NCBI GenBank assembly: GCA_020847635.1
Contig: JADLBQ010000051.1
Span: forward strand, 2,975 to 66,974
Direction: 5' to 3'
Source: Bacteroidia bacterium
GTDB taxonomy: Bacteria > Bacteroidota > Bacteroidia > AKYH767-A > OLB10
DNA length: 64,000 nucleotides
Made by a program: the position numbers and the translations under genes. Below are positions 18,905 to 29,578 of this stretch, one piece after another; the stretch's first letter is position 1, and each line of letters begins with the position of its first letter. The notes beneath the pieces were generated by a model, which saw nothing but the letters and a program-made list of their open reading frames with translations, was not told the DNA's origin and did not search any database.

Positions 18905-20911
18905 TCAATGCTGACTTTCTTCTGTAAATATCTTTTTAGCCTCATCATAAAGTTTCTTTTTTCTTCCGAAATAATCAATTGCACTCCAGGTTACTCCCGG
19001 CCAGCAATCATTTAACTGCCAGAAAAGGCTTCCCATACAATATGATTCTGCTTTCAAATGTGCCCGGATTCCTTTTATTACTCCTTCTGCTTGTAGCTGT
19101 TGACTCAGAGAAATATATTCGTCTATTGTTTCAGGAATTCGGCCTAACTCTCTGCTCATATATTCATTAATGATGTTAAAACCACGATTATGTTTCTGAT
19201 GAGACTGTAAGGCCTGATTATCTAATTTCCCGTAGGCTCCGGCTGCCTGAAGTGTTTCTTTTGCCGGCATTGACTGAAATCCAAACTCACTCATAAATCT
19301 CGGAACCTGATTTTCAAAATCAGAAAACGGCTTCCCGTCATGCCAGACAAACCAGTTATGGGCATCTCCCTGCCTGATATGCTGCGGATCACCTCTTCCA
19401 AACTCAGGTGACGATTCATGGTAATCTGAATTACTGAATTTGGTGACAGCCTCCGGAAGTATCTGCTTAAAAATTGTCCGGTAGTCTGCTTCCAATTTTT
19501 GCCTTTCTTCGGCAGCATAATCATTCTGCCAGCCCCATCGTTGCCAGCCTTCACTGATTTCATTATTACCACACCATAATGCTATACAGGGGTGTGATGC
19601 CAACCGCTGCACCTGATAGTTTGCTTCTGAAGTAATGTTATCCAGGTATAAACTATCAGCCGGATACATACCACAGGCAAACATAAAATCCTGCCAAACT
19701 AAAATTCCAAGACTGTCACATAGCTTATAGAAAATATCTTTTTCATAAATACCTCCACCCCAAACTCGAATCATATTCATGCCGGCCTCTTTTACAGAGG
19801 TAAGCAAGTGCAAATACTGAGTATCACTAACCCGGTTCAAAAACATATCCTGGGGAACATAGTTAGCCCCTTTCATAAATACCGGTTTATTATTGAGTGA
19901 AAAATAAAAACTGATTCCGGCTGAATCTTTTTCCTTAATCAGCCTAAGAGTACGGATTCCCTGTTGTATTGACAGGCTTGTATCTATTCCGTTAGCAGAC
20001 CTCCATTTAAAATGAAACAAATACAATTGCTGCTTCCCCTTGCCGTTGCACCACCACAGTATTGGCCTGGATAACTGAAACGGGATATTGAGGACTGTAT
20101 CATTTGTTTTAACCTGAGCCTGATGCCTGGCAAGTATATATCCCTGATCATCCGTAATTTCAGTTGTCAGCAATACTTGGGTTTTCGGAATAATCAACAG
20201 CTTTGCTGTCAGAAATGCCAAATCTGAGGTTACTGAATCCGTAAGCAGCATTACCCTGTCAATCCTGTAATCGCTGAACGACTCGATTCTCACACCCTGC
20301 CATAATCCACAAGATAAAAACCGGGGTGAAAAATCCCATCCGAACTGATATTGTGCTTTCCGTACCATAACCTGATTACCACCAGGCAAGTTATCGATCC
20401 GGTAACTTTTATAAAGAGAATCAGCAATGATTGTTGCCGGATAAAAGACGATCTCGATTGTATTTTGATCTTTGAGCAGGTTCTTCATATCAACCCGCCA
20501 CTGCCTGAACATATTATTGGCTTTCAAAACTAGGTTGCCATTCAGATAAATAGCTGCGTAGGTATCTATTCCGTCAAAAACCAGCTCGGTATTATTTTTC
20601 AGTTCTGACAGATCAAGATGGAAACTCATTCTGTATTTCCATTGTGTTGAATCAATCCATTCCATTAATTTTTCATTTTCGCCATAAAACGGATCGGGAA
20701 TGAAATTGTATTTTAACAGATCAGTATGAATTGCAAAGGGTGCTACCGTTTTGTACCAGTTGCCCTTATAGAAGAATTCCCAACCGGTATTGAGACTTTT
20801 CTGATAGCTGTTTCCTGCCCAGGCAGAGATGGGAATCAAGAGTAACAGAATCAGCTGTTTCACTGAGCAAAGATGGTAAGCAATACCGAAAACGGAAAGA
20901 TATCTTACCAT
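18905..20911 (-). CDS. glycoside hydrolase family 2 protein (beta-mannosidase-like)
   Basis: WCGNNE (acid/base) and SEFGFQS (nucleophile) motifs. An alternative GTG start at 20863 gives a cleaner signal peptide ([15 protein letters not shown]). Confidence 0.8.
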   Translation of the reverse strand: MVRYLSVFGIAYHLCSVKQLILLLLIPISAWAGNSYQKSLNTGWEFFYKGNWYKTVAPFAIHTDLLKYNFIPDPFYGENEKLMEWIDSTQWKYRMSFHLDLSELKNNTELVFDGIDTYAAIYLNGNLVLKANNMFRQWRVDMKNLLKDQNTIEIVFYPATIIADSLYKSYRIDNLPGGNQVMVRKAQYQFGWDFSPRFLSCGLWQGVRIESFSDYRIDRVMLLTDSVTSDLAFLTAKLLIIPKTQVLLTTEITDDQGYILARHQAQVKTNDTVLNIPFQLSRPILWWCNGKGKQQLYLFHFKWRSANGIDTSLSIQQGIRTLRLIKEKDSAGISFYFSLNNKPVFMKGANYVPQDMFLNRVSDTQYLHLLTSVKEAGMNMIRVWGGGIYEKDIFYKLCDSLGILVWQDFMFACGMYPADSLYLDNITSEANYQVQRLASHPCIALWCGNNEISEGWQRWGWQNDYAAEERQKLEADYRTIFKQILPEAVTKFSNSDYHESSPEFGRGDPQHIRQGDAHNWFVWHDGKPFSDFENQVPRFMSEFGFQSMPAKETLQAAGAYGKLDNQALQSHQKHNRGFNIINEYMSRELGRIPETIDEYISLSQQLQAEGVIKGIRAHLKAESYCMGSLFWQLNDCWPGVTWSAIDYFGRKKKLYDEAKKIFTEESQH

Positions 20912-20941
20912 TTATCACCTTTGCATTCTGATTACCGAATT

Positions 20942-22612
20942 ATGTCTACCGAAAAAGGGCCAAATTTTATTGAGGAGCTCATTGCTGCAGATGTAGCCAG
21001 CGGCAAGCACAACGGAAGGGTACTCACCCGTTTCCCTCCAGAACCCAATGGCTATCTCCACATTGGTCATGCAAAATCAATTTGTCTGAATTTTGGTGTT
21101 GCAAAAAAATTTAATGGTAAAACCAACCTTCGCTTTGATGATACCAATCCGGAAACAGAAGAAACAGAATACGTTGAGAGTATTAAAGCAGATATAAAGT
21201 GGCTGGGATTCGACTGGGCAAATGAATTTTATACCTCTGATTATTTTGATACTCTTTTTGAGTTTGCTATTAAGCTGATTAAAAACGGATGGGCCTATGT
21301 TGATGATTCTACTTCTGAACAGATTGCAGAAATGAAAGGAACACCTACTGAACCCGGGAATGAATCTCCTTTCCGAAATCGTACGATTGAAGAAAATATC
21401 AGCCTGTTTGAAAAAATGAAAAACGGTGAGTTTAAGGAAGGAGAGAAAGTTCTGAGGGCAAAAATTGACATGGCTTCACCAAATATGCATATGCGCGATC
21501 CGGTTATCTACCGAATTAAGCATGCTGCTCATCACCGCACAGGCAACAAATGGCTGATTTATCCAATGTATGATTTTGCACACGGGCAAAGCGATTCGAT
21601 TGAAAATATAACGCATAGTATCTGTACACTTGAATTTGAAGTACACCGGCCGTTATACGAGTGGCTGATCGAAAAACTGGATATTTTCCCCAGCCGCCAG
21701 TATGAATTTGCCCGGCTCAACCTAAGCTACACTGTCATGAGTAAGCGTAAACTGCTTCAACTGGTAAAAGAAAAACATGTTGACGGATGGGATGATCCCC
21801 GCATGCCAACCCTTTCAGGGTTACGGAGAAGAGGCTACACTCCTGCCAGTATTCGAAACTTCTGTGATATTATCGGTGTCGCTAAAAGAGAAAATGTGAT
21901 TGATGCAGGATTGCTGGAATTCTGTGTTCGTGAGGATTTAAATAAACATGCTCTGAGAAGAATGGTTGTACTGAATCCTGTAAAACTCATTATTACCGAT
22001 TATCCGGATGGTAAAACAGAAACCTTTCATGCTGAAAACAATCCCGAAGCTGAAGACAAAGGCGGGTACAGGCAGATTACCTTCTCAAAAGAAATCTGGA
22101 TTGAACGAGAAGACTTCATGGAAAATCCGCCAAAGAAATTTTTCAGGCTTGCTCCTGGACAAATGGTACGACTAAAGAATGCTTACATCATCAAGTGTCA
22201 TTCATTTAAGAAAGATGATAACGGGAATATTACCGAAATATACTGTAGTCATATTCCAGAGAGCCGGAGTGGAAAAGACAGCAGCGGAATTAATGTTAAA
22301 GGGACTCTTCACTGGGTTGATGCCGGAAATTGCACTTCTGTAGAAGTCAGGCTTTATGATAGACTTTTCCGTTCTGAGAACCCCGGTGGAGCAAACGATT
22401 TCACAAATGACCTTAACCCGGATTCCTGCAGGATTATTCATCATGCAATGGCCGAATATGCTCTAACAGAAGCACAGCCCGTAGAACACTATCAGTTCTT
22501 GCGTTTGGGATACTTCTTTGCAGATAAAAATTCTACGGCTGAAAAACAGATTTTCAACCGTACCGTTACCCTGAAAGATACCTGGGCTAAAGAATTAAAG
22601 AAAAAAGAATGA
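20942..22612 (+). CDS. glnS: glutamine--tRNA ligase
   Basis: HIGH motif (PNGYLHIGH) and VMSKR (KMSKS-type) motif. Start set at [12 protein letters not shown] (ATG 20942); the longer listed ORF overlaps the divergent GH2 gene. Confidence 0.95.
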   Translation: MSTEKGPNFIEELIAADVASGKHNGRVLTRFPPEPNGYLHIGHAKSICLNFGVAKKFNGKTNLRFDDTNPETEETEYVESIKADIKWLGFDWANEFYTSDYFDTLFEFAIKLIKNGWAYVDDSTSEQIAEMKGTPTEPGNESPFRNRTIEENISLFEKMKNGEFKEGEKVLRAKIDMASPNMHMRDPVIYRIKHAAHHRTGNKWLIYPMYDFAHGQSDSIENITHSICTLEFEVHRPLYEWLIEKLDIFPSRQYEFARLNLSYTVMSKRKLLQLVKEKHVDGWDDPRMPTLSGLRRRGYTPASIRNFCDIIGVAKRENVIDAGLLEFCVREDLNKHALRRMVVLNPVKLIITDYPDGKTETFHAENNPEAEDKGGYRQITFSKEIWIEREDFMENPPKKFFRLAPGQMVRLKNAYIIKCHSFKKDDNGNITEIYCSHIPESRSGKDSSGINVKGTLHWVDAGNCTSVEVRLYDRLFRSENPGGANDFTNDLNPDSCRIIHHAMAEYALTEAQPVEHYQFLRLGYFFADKNSTAEKQIFNRTVTLKDTWAKELKKKE

Positions 22613-22971
22613 TGAATGGAGTTATTTCTGTTGAAGGTATAGAATGCTATGCATTTCATGGTTGCCTGGAAGAAGAAGACCGAATCGGAGGCCGATATAT
22701 TGTTGATGTCTGGCTTGAAACCGCTATGGATGATGCCATGGAATCTGACCAGCTTCAAAATACTACTGATTATACCCTGATCGTGGATATTGTAAGGCAG
22801 CAAATGGCTATTCGCTCTAACCTGATTGAGCATGTTGCCTCACGGATTTTAAAATCACTTTCAGAAAATTTGCAACATTTTAAAAATCTGACAGTAAAAG
22901 TTTCAAAACTTAATCCGCCTGTTAATGGCTATGTTGAAAAAGCAACTGTTGAAATTTCATATAAGAATTAA
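22609..22971 (+). CDS. folB: dihydroneopterin aldolase
   Basis: 120 aa with the FolB-like pattern G..C.A.HG...EE...G. Its ATG overlaps the glnS stop (ATGA). Confidence 0.85.
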   Translation: MMNGVISVEGIECYAFHGCLEEEDRIGGRYIVDVWLETAMDDAMESDQLQNTTDYTLIVDIVRQQMAIRSNLIEHVASRILKSLSENLQHFKNLTVKVSKLNPPVNGYVEKATVEISYKN

Positions 22972-23056
22972 GGTTGTTCACCAATCAATTAAATATGCCA
23001 GCCAAATTCTTTTTGATTTTAAGAACGGTCTTTTAAGTTTTGACCATAATTTAAAG

Positions 23057-23126
23057 GGTCGCGTGGCCGAGTGGTAGGCGTAAGTCCGCAAGACTTTCTA
23101 CGGTAGTTCGAATCTATCCGCGACCT
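23057..23126 (+). tRNA. tRNA-Cys(GCA)-like, atypical anticodon arm (C33, U27-U43 mismatch)
   Basis: Folds by eye: acceptor GGTCGCG/CGCGACC, discriminator T, D arm GCC..GGC, anticodon arm TAAGT-CCGCAAG-ACTTT, T arm GGTAG-TTCGAAT-CTATC. Confidence 0.7.
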
Positions 23127-23205
23127 CAATTTTATTGTGAATTTTACAGTTCGCTTTTTTGTTGGGTGCGTATTACAATCTTCCGTCTGTTTTTTGTAAA
23201 TGAAT

Positions 23206-23213
23206 TAAGTTTG
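23206..23213 (+). promoter_or_regulatory. -7 promoter box TAAGTTTG for the second tRNA-Cys
   Basis: Exact TAnnTTTG match 8 nt upstream of the tRNA 5' end. A near-copy, TAAGTTTTG, lies at 23034-23042 upstream of the first tRNA-Cys. Confidence 0.5.
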
Positions 23214-23220
23214 CCGGCAT

Positions 23221-23291
23221 GGTCGCGTGGCCGAGTGGCTAGGCAGAGGTCTGCAAAACCTTGTACAGCAGTTCGAATCTGCTCGCGACCT
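23221..23291 (+). tRNA. tRNA-Cys(GCA)
   Basis: Canonical cloverleaf: acceptor GGTCGCG/CGCGACC, discriminator T73, anticodon arm GAGGT-CTGCAAA-ACCTT, T arm AGCAG-TTCGAAT-CTGCT. Confidence 0.92.
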
Positions 23292-23294
23292 CTT

Positions 23295-23330
23295 AAAATC
23301 CTGCCTTATAAGGGCAGGATTTTTTATTTT
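23295..23330 (+). terminator. rho-independent terminator after tRNA-Cys
   Basis: AAAATCCTGCC / GGCAGGATTTT stem with a T-run (GGATTTTTTATTTT) immediately after. Confidence 0.8.
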
Positions 23331-23351
23331 CGCACACCTTTCAATAAGGCA

Positions 23352-23425
23352 GGGCCTATAGCTCAGACGGTTAGAGCACCTGACTCATAATCAGGTGGTC
23401 CCTGGTTCGATCCCAGGTAGGCCCA
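23352..23425 (+). tRNA. tRNA with CAT anticodon (elongator Met or lysidine-modified Ile2; not initiator)
   Basis: GGGCCTA/TAGGCCC acceptor stem and anticodon arm CCTGA-CTCATAA-TCAGG. Pair 1-72 is Watson-Crick and the anticodon stem lacks the three G-C pairs of an initiator. Confidence 0.88.
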
Positions 23426-23576
23426 CTTCTGCTCAATCCGGTTGCCGGGTGTAGCACAGCAATCGTAAAAAATCTTTTACAGTCTTTTTTTAACTATTAA
23501 AACTATCTGAAACCAGAACTAAAATCTACAAATACTAATTTTACATCCCTGTTTGGTTCCTGATGAGTAAAAATTA

Positions 23577-25592
23577 ATGAAGCGTTTCTCAATTTTTATT
23601 TTACTGCTGATTATCCCGTTTTTATCAGCTGCACAGATTATCAATCCTATAAAATGGAAATCATCCGTTGAGCAGAAAAGTGACTCGAAAGCAACTTTAA
23701 TCATCCAGCCGGTGATGGAGAAAGGCTGGCATATTTTCAGCCAGGTCATTAACGGGGAAGGACCGATTCCAACTGAAATTGTTTTTACCCCATCACCTGA
23801 TTATGTTCTGGACGGAAAGATAAAAGAAACCGCTACAATCAGTGAAGACGACCCAACCTGGGGATTTGTAGTAACTTATCTGACTAATGATTCATATTTC
23901 TCACAGAAAATTAAAATTAAAAATAATACGTCTTTTAAAATAAATGCCTCCATCAATTACCAGATCTGTAATGATCAGATGTGCTTGCCTCCTGATGATG
24001 CTGAACTTGAGTTTATTATAAACCCGACAAATAATACAACTAATGGTGTTATTCCGGCCGAGCAACCAGACCTAACCGAAGTTGCAACCCCTCAAGAGGA
24101 TACATTAATTATTTCAAACGAAGATTCTGTTGAGTTAGCAGCTACACCTATTGATTATACTGAACTTGAAGATGGCTGTGGTGAAACCCAGGGTGCAGTC
24201 AAAGATTATACCTCCTTGTGGGCCATTTTTATTGGTGGTATTTTAGGAGGGCTGCTGGCATTGCTAACACCTTGTGTTTTTCCAATGATTCCCTTAACTG
24301 TCAGTTTCTTTACTAAGCGAAGCGGTAACCGTAAAAAAGGAATCAGAAATGCATTGATCTATGCATTTTTTATTATGTTTATCTATGTTGGACTTGGATT
24401 ACTGGTTACCATTACCTTAGGTTCAGATGCACTGAACGAACTGGCAAGCAATGCTTTTTTTAATCTTTCCTTCTTTTTTATCTTTTTGATTTTTGCAATT
24501 TCATTTTTCGGAGCCTTTGAAATCGTTCTTCCCAGCTCATGGGTTAATAAAGCCGACCGCGCCAGTGACACAGGCGGATTGGTTGGTATTTTCTTCATGG
24601 CATTTACCCTGACCCTGGTCTCGTTTTCCTGTACCGGTCCGATTATCGGAACCTTGCTTGTTGAAGCGGCTCAGGGCAGAAGCTATCTTGGTCCGCTCAT
24701 TGGGATGAGTGGCTTTGCTTTATCCCTGGCTTTACCATTTGCATTATTTGCAGCCTTTCCGGGATGGATGAATTCCCTCCCGAAATCCGGAGGCTGGCTG
24801 AATACAGTTAAAATCTCACTGGGTTTTCTGGAATTAGCCCTGGCATTTAAATTTTTAAGTAATGTGGATCTGACCTATCACTGGGGAATCCTTTATCGTG
24901 AAATTTTTATTGCAATCTGGATTGTTATCTTCGGGTTGCTGGGAGTCTATCTGTTAGGCTGGCTTAAACTTGCTCATGACAGTGAAAGCCAGGGAATCGG
25001 GACCTCACGATTACTGATAGGGATTTTAACGCTGGTCTTTACGGTATATCTTATCCCGGGATTGTGGGGCGCTCCTTTAAAACTGATCAGTGGTTTCCCG
25101 CCTCCTGAATTTTATAAGGAATGGAATACAGGATTAACAAATGCTAACTGTCCACATAACCTGAACTGCTTTCATGATTACGATGAAGGAATGCGTTATG
25201 CAAAAATACAGGGTAAACCGGTATTGATTGACTTTACCGGATGGAGCTGCGTTAACTGCCGGAAAATGGAAGATAATGTGTGGTCTGACAACCAGATACT
25301 TAAAAAACTCAGAGAGGATTATGTTCTTATTTCCCTGCATGTGGATGACAGGGAACCGTTGCCTACGGATGAACAGTATGTTTCCAAAATCACCGGAAAG
25401 AAAATAAAGACACTGGGTAATAAATGGAGTGAGATGCAAGCCTCCCTGTACAAGACCAATTCGCAGCCTTACTATGTTCCATTGGATAATAACGGAAAAT
25501 TATTAGCCAGGCCCAGAGGATATACTCCTGAGATCAATATATATAACCAGTTTCTGGAAGAAGGGCTTTGCCGGTATAAAAAGAGGAAGTAA
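23577..25592 (+). CDS. protein-disulfide reductase DsbD family protein
   Basis: 671 aa. N-terminal periplasmic domain (YQICNDQMCLPP), a CcdA-like TM core with Cys in TM helices (TPCVFPMIP, FSCTGPI), and a C-terminal thioredoxin fold (WSCVNC). Confidence 0.88.
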   Translation: MKRFSIFILLLIIPFLSAAQIINPIKWKSSVEQKSDSKATLIIQPVMEKGWHIFSQVINGEGPIPTEIVFTPSPDYVLDGKIKETATISEDDPTWGFVVTYLTNDSYFSQKIKIKNNTSFKINASINYQICNDQMCLPPDDAELEFIINPTNNTTNGVIPAEQPDLTEVATPQEDTLIISNEDSVELAATPIDYTELEDGCGETQGAVKDYTSLWAIFIGGILGGLLALLTPCVFPMIPLTVSFFTKRSGNRKKGIRNALIYAFFIMFIYVGLGLLVTITLGSDALNELASNAFFNLSFFFIFLIFAISFFGAFEIVLPSSWVNKADRASDTGGLVGIFFMAFTLTLVSFSCTGPIIGTLLVEAAQGRSYLGPLIGMSGFALSLALPFALFAAFPGWMNSLPKSGGWLNTVKISLGFLELALAFKFLSNVDLTYHWGILYREIFIAIWIVIFGLLGVYLLGWLKLAHDSESQGIGTSRLLIGILTLVFTVYLIPGLWGAPLKLISGFPPPEFYKEWNTGLTNANCPHNLNCFHDYDEGMRYAKIQGKPVLIDFTGWSCVNCRKMEDNVWSDNQILKKLREDYVLISLHVDDREPLPTDEQYVSKITGKKIKTLGNKWSEMQASLYKTNSQPYYVPLDNNGKLLARPRGYTPEINIYNQFLEEGLCRYKKRK

Positions 25593-25597
25593 TCCTA

Positions 25598-26170
25598 ATG
25601 AAAGAACTTATCCTTCAGCAATTAACCGAAGCGCAACAGTCACTTGAGGCTTTTATTGCAGATGCCAATAACCTCTCTCTTATTGAACAGGCTGTCGGTA
25701 TTATGATCCGTTCAATTAAACAAGGAGGCAAAATTATTTCCTGCGGTAACGGAGGCAGTATGTGCGATGCAATGCATTTTGCCGAGGAGCTTTGCGGAAG
25801 ATTCAGAAATAACCGTAAACCGCTTCCCGCTCTTTCGATCAGTGATCCTGCTTACCTGACCTGTACCGCTAATGATTATGGATTTGAATTTGTTTTTTCC
25901 CGTTTTATTGAAGGACTAGGCAACCAAGGCGATATCCTGCTTTGTATTTCTACCAGTGGCAATTCTTCAAATATCATTCAGGCAGCCTACGCTGCTCGGA
26001 ATAAAAAAATGAAAGTCATTGCTCTTACCGGAAAAGACGGAGGGTATTTAAAAAATCTTTGTGACGTGGAAATACGCGCTCCGTTCTCCGAATTTGCAGA
26101 CCGGGCACAAGAAATTCATATTAAGCTGATTCATTGCTTTATTTTGCTCATTGAAAAGGCAGTTGCCTGA
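25598..26170 (+). CDS. gmhA: D-sedoheptulose-7-phosphate isomerase (SIS domain)
   Basis: 190 aa. CGNGGSMCDAMHFAEEL, ISTSGNS and QEIHIKLIH are collinear with the GmhA as I recall it. Confidence 0.88.
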   Translation: MKELILQQLTEAQQSLEAFIADANNLSLIEQAVGIMIRSIKQGGKIISCGNGGSMCDAMHFAEELCGRFRNNRKPLPALSISDPAYLTCTANDYGFEFVFSRFIEGLGNQGDILLCISTSGNSSNIIQAAYAARNKKMKVIALTGKDGGYLKNLCDVEIRAPFSEFADRAQEIHIKLIHCFILLIEKAVA

Positions 26171-26181
26171 ACGTATTTCTT

Positions 26182-27720
26182 ATGCTGGTTAAAACTTATG
26201 GTTGTGCAGTTTATGGTATTAATGCAACTACCATTACGGTAGAAGTTAACTGCTCTCAGGGAAGCCGGTTCTATCTGGTAGGACTGCCTGATAATGCAGT
26301 CAAGGAAAGTCAACAGAGAATTGAAGCTGCTTTAAAAAATATAGGTTTCAAAATGCCGGGAATGAAAACAACCATTAATATGGCACCGGCCGATATCCGA
26401 AAAGAAGGCTCTTCCTATGATCTAACAATTGCAATAGGAATTCTGGCTGCCAGCAGGCAGATTGATGCTTCGCAACTTGAGCACTATATGATTATGGGTG
26501 AGTTATCACTCGATGGTGGACTACAACCCATTAAAGGCGCATTACCAATTGCAATTGAAGCACAGAATGCAGGATTTAAAGGCTTTATTCTGCCTGAGAC
26601 TAATGCCCGCGAAGCAGCTATAGTAGACAGTCTGGAAGTTTACGGAGTAAGCTCAATTCGTGAGGTGATTGATTTTTTTACTGGTAATCATGCTCTTAAC
26701 CGGGTTGTTGTGAATACACGTGATGAGTTCTATACGCGGCAAAGCCAGAGTGAATTTGACTTTAGTGATGTAAAAGGACAGGAGAATATTAAACGGGCAT
26801 TGGAAATTGCAGCTGCCGGAGGCCATAATGTTATTCTGATCGGGCCACCGGGTGCCGGAAAAACCATGCTTGCAAAAAGGTTACCCACCATACTTCCGCC
26901 ACTGACATTAAACGAGGCACTTGAAACCACAAAAATTCATTCGGTAGCAGGCAAGACCGGAAAGCAGGCATCCTTAATTTCATCACGTCCCTTCCGGTCG
27001 CCTCATCACACCATCAGTGACGTAGCTCTGGTTGGAGGTGGCGGTGTGCCTCAGCCAGGTGAAATCTCACTGGCTCATAACGGAGTTCTTTTTTTAGACG
27101 AGCTTCCCGAATTCAAGCGTACCGTCCTGGAGGTGATGCGCCAGCCGTTAGAAGAGAGAAAGGTAACGATCTCCCGTGCAAAATTTTCAATTGAATACCC
27201 TGCTTCCTTTATGCTGGTTGCCAGTATGAATCCCTGTCCCTGTGGCTATTTTAATCATCCTGAGAAGGAATGCGTATGTGCCCCTGGAGTGGTTCAGAAG
27301 TATTTGAATAAAATCTCAGGCCCTTTGCTCGACCGGATTGATTTGCATGTAGAAGTAACTCCGGTTTCTTTCAGTGAACTATCAAAACAAAGACCTTCTG
27401 AAAAGAGCGATGAAGTAAGGAAGCGGGTGATTACAGCCCGTGAAAAGCAGAAAGAACGCTTTACCGGCCAGCCCGGTACTTACTGTAATGCGCAGATATC
27501 TGCCAAGCAACTGCCTGAATACTGTAAGTTGCCTGAAGCCGGCATCCAGCTGCTGAAAACTGCAATGGAAAAACTTGGATTATCAGCAAGAGCCTATGAC
27601 AGAATTCTGAAAGTTTCACGAACCATTGCTGATCTTGACAAGTGTGCTGACATCCAAACTGAGCACCTGGCTGAAGCAATCCAATACCGAAGTCTTGACC
27701 GGGAAGGCTGGGCAGGTTAA
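26182..27720 (+). CDS. YifB/ComM family Mg-chelatase-like AAA+ ATPase
   Basis: 512 aa. Lon-like N-terminal domain, Walker A GPPGAGKT, LFLDELPEF, and a C-terminal ChlI-like region. Confidence 0.92.
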   Translation: MLVKTYGCAVYGINATTITVEVNCSQGSRFYLVGLPDNAVKESQQRIEAALKNIGFKMPGMKTTINMAPADIRKEGSSYDLTIAIGILAASRQIDASQLEHYMIMGELSLDGGLQPIKGALPIAIEAQNAGFKGFILPETNAREAAIVDSLEVYGVSSIREVIDFFTGNHALNRVVVNTRDEFYTRQSQSEFDFSDVKGQENIKRALEIAAAGGHNVILIGPPGAGKTMLAKRLPTILPPLTLNEALETTKIHSVAGKTGKQASLISSRPFRSPHHTISDVALVGGGGVPQPGEISLAHNGVLFLDELPEFKRTVLEVMRQPLEERKVTISRAKFSIEYPASFMLVASMNPCPCGYFNHPEKECVCAPGVVQKYLNKISGPLLDRIDLHVEVTPVSFSELSKQRPSEKSDEVRKRVITAREKQKERFTGQPGTYCNAQISAKQLPEYCKLPEAGIQLLKTAMEKLGLSARAYDRILKVSRTIADLDKCADIQTEHLAEAIQYRSLDREGWAG

Positions 27721-27746
27721 TCTGATTTTTGATGTAAATAAGATCC

Positions 27747-28457
27747 TTACTCTTGAGGGCTAATCAGCAATTCTTCTAACTCTTCTATATTTATTGCCTG
27801 TTCGATCCTGAACTGACCGATACGGGTTCGACACAACGAATACAGATAAGCTCCTGTTGCAGCCAGCTTGCCAAAATCATTTGCAATACTGCGGATATAG
27901 GTTCCTTTGCTACAAACAATCCGGAAGTGAACCAGTGGAAGTTCTATTCCGGTTATATCAAAATTATATATGGTAACCGGCCTGGCTTTAAGTTCTACTT
28001 GTTGCCCTTTTCTGGCCCGGCTATAAGCCCGCTGACCTTCGACTTTCATTGCCGAATGTGCAGGTGGTACTTGCATCTGATCTCCGGTTAATTTTTTTGC
28101 ACAGTTGTTAATGATTGCTTCCGAGAGCAAACCGGTATCTGAAAAATTTTCAGGTTGGGTTTCCAGGTCATAGGAAGAAGTAGTAGCTCCCATGAAAAAT
28201 GTGCCGGTGTATTCCTTCTCTGCCTCTTGAAATTTTTCTATTTGTTTAGTTAAAGCCCCAGTACAGATAACTAACAGTCCGCTTGCAAGGGGATCGAGGG
28301 TACCGGCATGGCCCACTCTGAGTTTCACAGGCTGGCTAGGTGGTATGGATTTCCCGAGCAGCTTCTTAATTTTATTAACTACATCAAAAGAAGTCCAGTG
28401 TAACGGTTTATTAATAAGCAGCACTTCTCCTTTGAAAAAATCAAAAGATGCTTTCAT
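27747..28457 (-). CDS. truB: tRNA pseudouridine(55) synthase
   Basis: 236 aa with GHAGTLDPLASGLL containing the catalytic Asp. Confidence 0.93.
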   Translation of the reverse strand: MKASFDFFKGEVLLINKPLHWTSFDVVNKIKKLLGKSIPPSQPVKLRVGHAGTLDPLASGLLVICTGALTKQIEKFQEAEKEYTGTFFMGATTSSYDLETQPENFSDTGLLSEAIINNCAKKLTGDQMQVPPAHSAMKVEGQRAYSRARKGQQVELKARPVTIYNFDITGIELPLVHFRIVCSKGTYIRSIANDFGKLAATGAYLYSLCRTRIGQFRIEQAINIEELEELLISPQE

Positions 28458-29272
28458 CCGGTTATTTTAAGATCAATTCCGAAGGCTACAAGTATAATAA
28501 TCAATATCCCAATCACAATCCGATAATAACCAAAAGCCCGTAACCCATATTTTGTTAGAAACCCAATAAATGATTTTATTGCTAATGCTGCAACAATAAA
28601 AGCAACCACATTCCCAACAATCAGCATCCATATCTGATTCTGATCTACACTTATTCCTTCTTTGAAAAACTTCAGTGTTTTATATGAAGTGGCCGCAAAC
28701 ATGGTTGGTACCGCCAGAAAAAATGAGAATTCGGCAGAAGTCTTCAGGTTGAGCTGTTGTTGGAGGCCACCAATAATTGAAGCAGCTGAGCGTGATACAC
28801 CCGGAATCATCGCAATACACTGATACAACCCGATGATAAATGCTCTGCGAGTGGTAATTTTTTCGCTGTTCTGGTCTTTGTGTTCACGAATGAAGACATC
28901 CAGAAAAAGGATGAAAATTCCTCCGGCAAATAATGTAAAGGCAACAACCAGCACGTTACCAAGTAACGCATCTATAAAATCATCCAGCAGAAAGCCAATG
29001 ATCATGGCCGGAATAAATGCTACCAGTATTTTCTGATAAAACCCGATCAAGGTCTTGTTTAATCCACCTTTTGGAATAAACCGGTCACGATAGAGCCATA
29101 CAACAGAAAGAATTGCCCCAAACTGAATGGAGACGGTGAATGTTTTAGTAAAATCATCTTCGGCAATCCCCATCAGTGAGGAAGCAATAATCATGTGGCC
29201 TGTTGAAGAAATTGGAAGAAACTCAGTTATCCCTTCAATAATGGCAAGTATAACAGCTTCAATAAAATTCAT
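28454..29272 (-). CDS. uppP: undecaprenyl-diphosphate phosphatase
   Basis: 272 aa, polytopic, with EGITEFLPISSTGH and PGVSRSA motifs. It overlaps truB by 4 nt. Confidence 0.93.
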   Translation of the reverse strand: MNFIEAVILAIIEGITEFLPISSTGHMIIASSLMGIAEDDFTKTFTVSIQFGAILSVVWLYRDRFIPKGGLNKTLIGFYQKILVAFIPAMIIGFLLDDFIDALLGNVLVVAFTLFAGGIFILFLDVFIREHKDQNSEKITTRRAFIIGLYQCIAMIPGVSRSAASIIGGLQQQLNLKTSAEFSFFLAVPTMFAATSYKTLKFFKEGISVDQNQIWMLIVGNVVAFIVAALAIKSFIGFLTKYGLRAFGYYRIVIGILIIILVAFGIDLKITG

Positions 29273-29296
29273 ATTCAGAGAAAAACGCGCAGCAGA

Positions 29297-29566
29297 TTAA
29301 TCTTTTGATTTTTTCAGGATAGCATAGATATTTAAAATAAACCCTGAAAGAACCACAATGGGAGCCAGTGTAATTCGTCTGAAACTAAATACTTCCGGAT
29401 TGAACACATTCGGATCATCTGATTTACCGCCTGACATGAGAATAAAACCAAGTAGAATCAGCCCGATTCCGCAAATCATTAACAGGTAATTAATCCGGCC
29501 AAATGAAAAATCAGACTTAGCAGCTGTTTGTTTTTTAGCAGTCGGTTGGTTGGTCTTTGTTGCCAT
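29297..29566 (-). CDS. DUF3098 domain-containing membrane protein
   Basis: 89 aa with two TM helices. FGRINYLLM..GFILMSGG..FSFRRITLAP matches the pattern, in the conserved position between ftsX and uppP. Confidence 0.75.
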   Translation of the reverse strand: MATKTNQPTAKKQTAAKSDFSFGRINYLLMICGIGLILLGFILMSGGKSDDPNVFNPEVFSFRRITLAPIVVLSGFILNIYAILKKSKD

Positions 29567-29578
29567 TAATTTTACGCT

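Noticed and set aside
20873-20941. Upstream extension of the glnS ORF ([23 protein letters not shown])
   Set aside because: The extension overlaps the divergent GH2 gene start and has no similarity to GlnRS N-termini. The conserved sequence begins at [12 protein letters not shown] (ATG 20942).
23166-23390. 74-aa ORF across the tRNA cluster
   Set aside because: It spans tRNA-Cys, its terminator and part of tRNA(CAT), so it is an artefact of an RNA-gene region.
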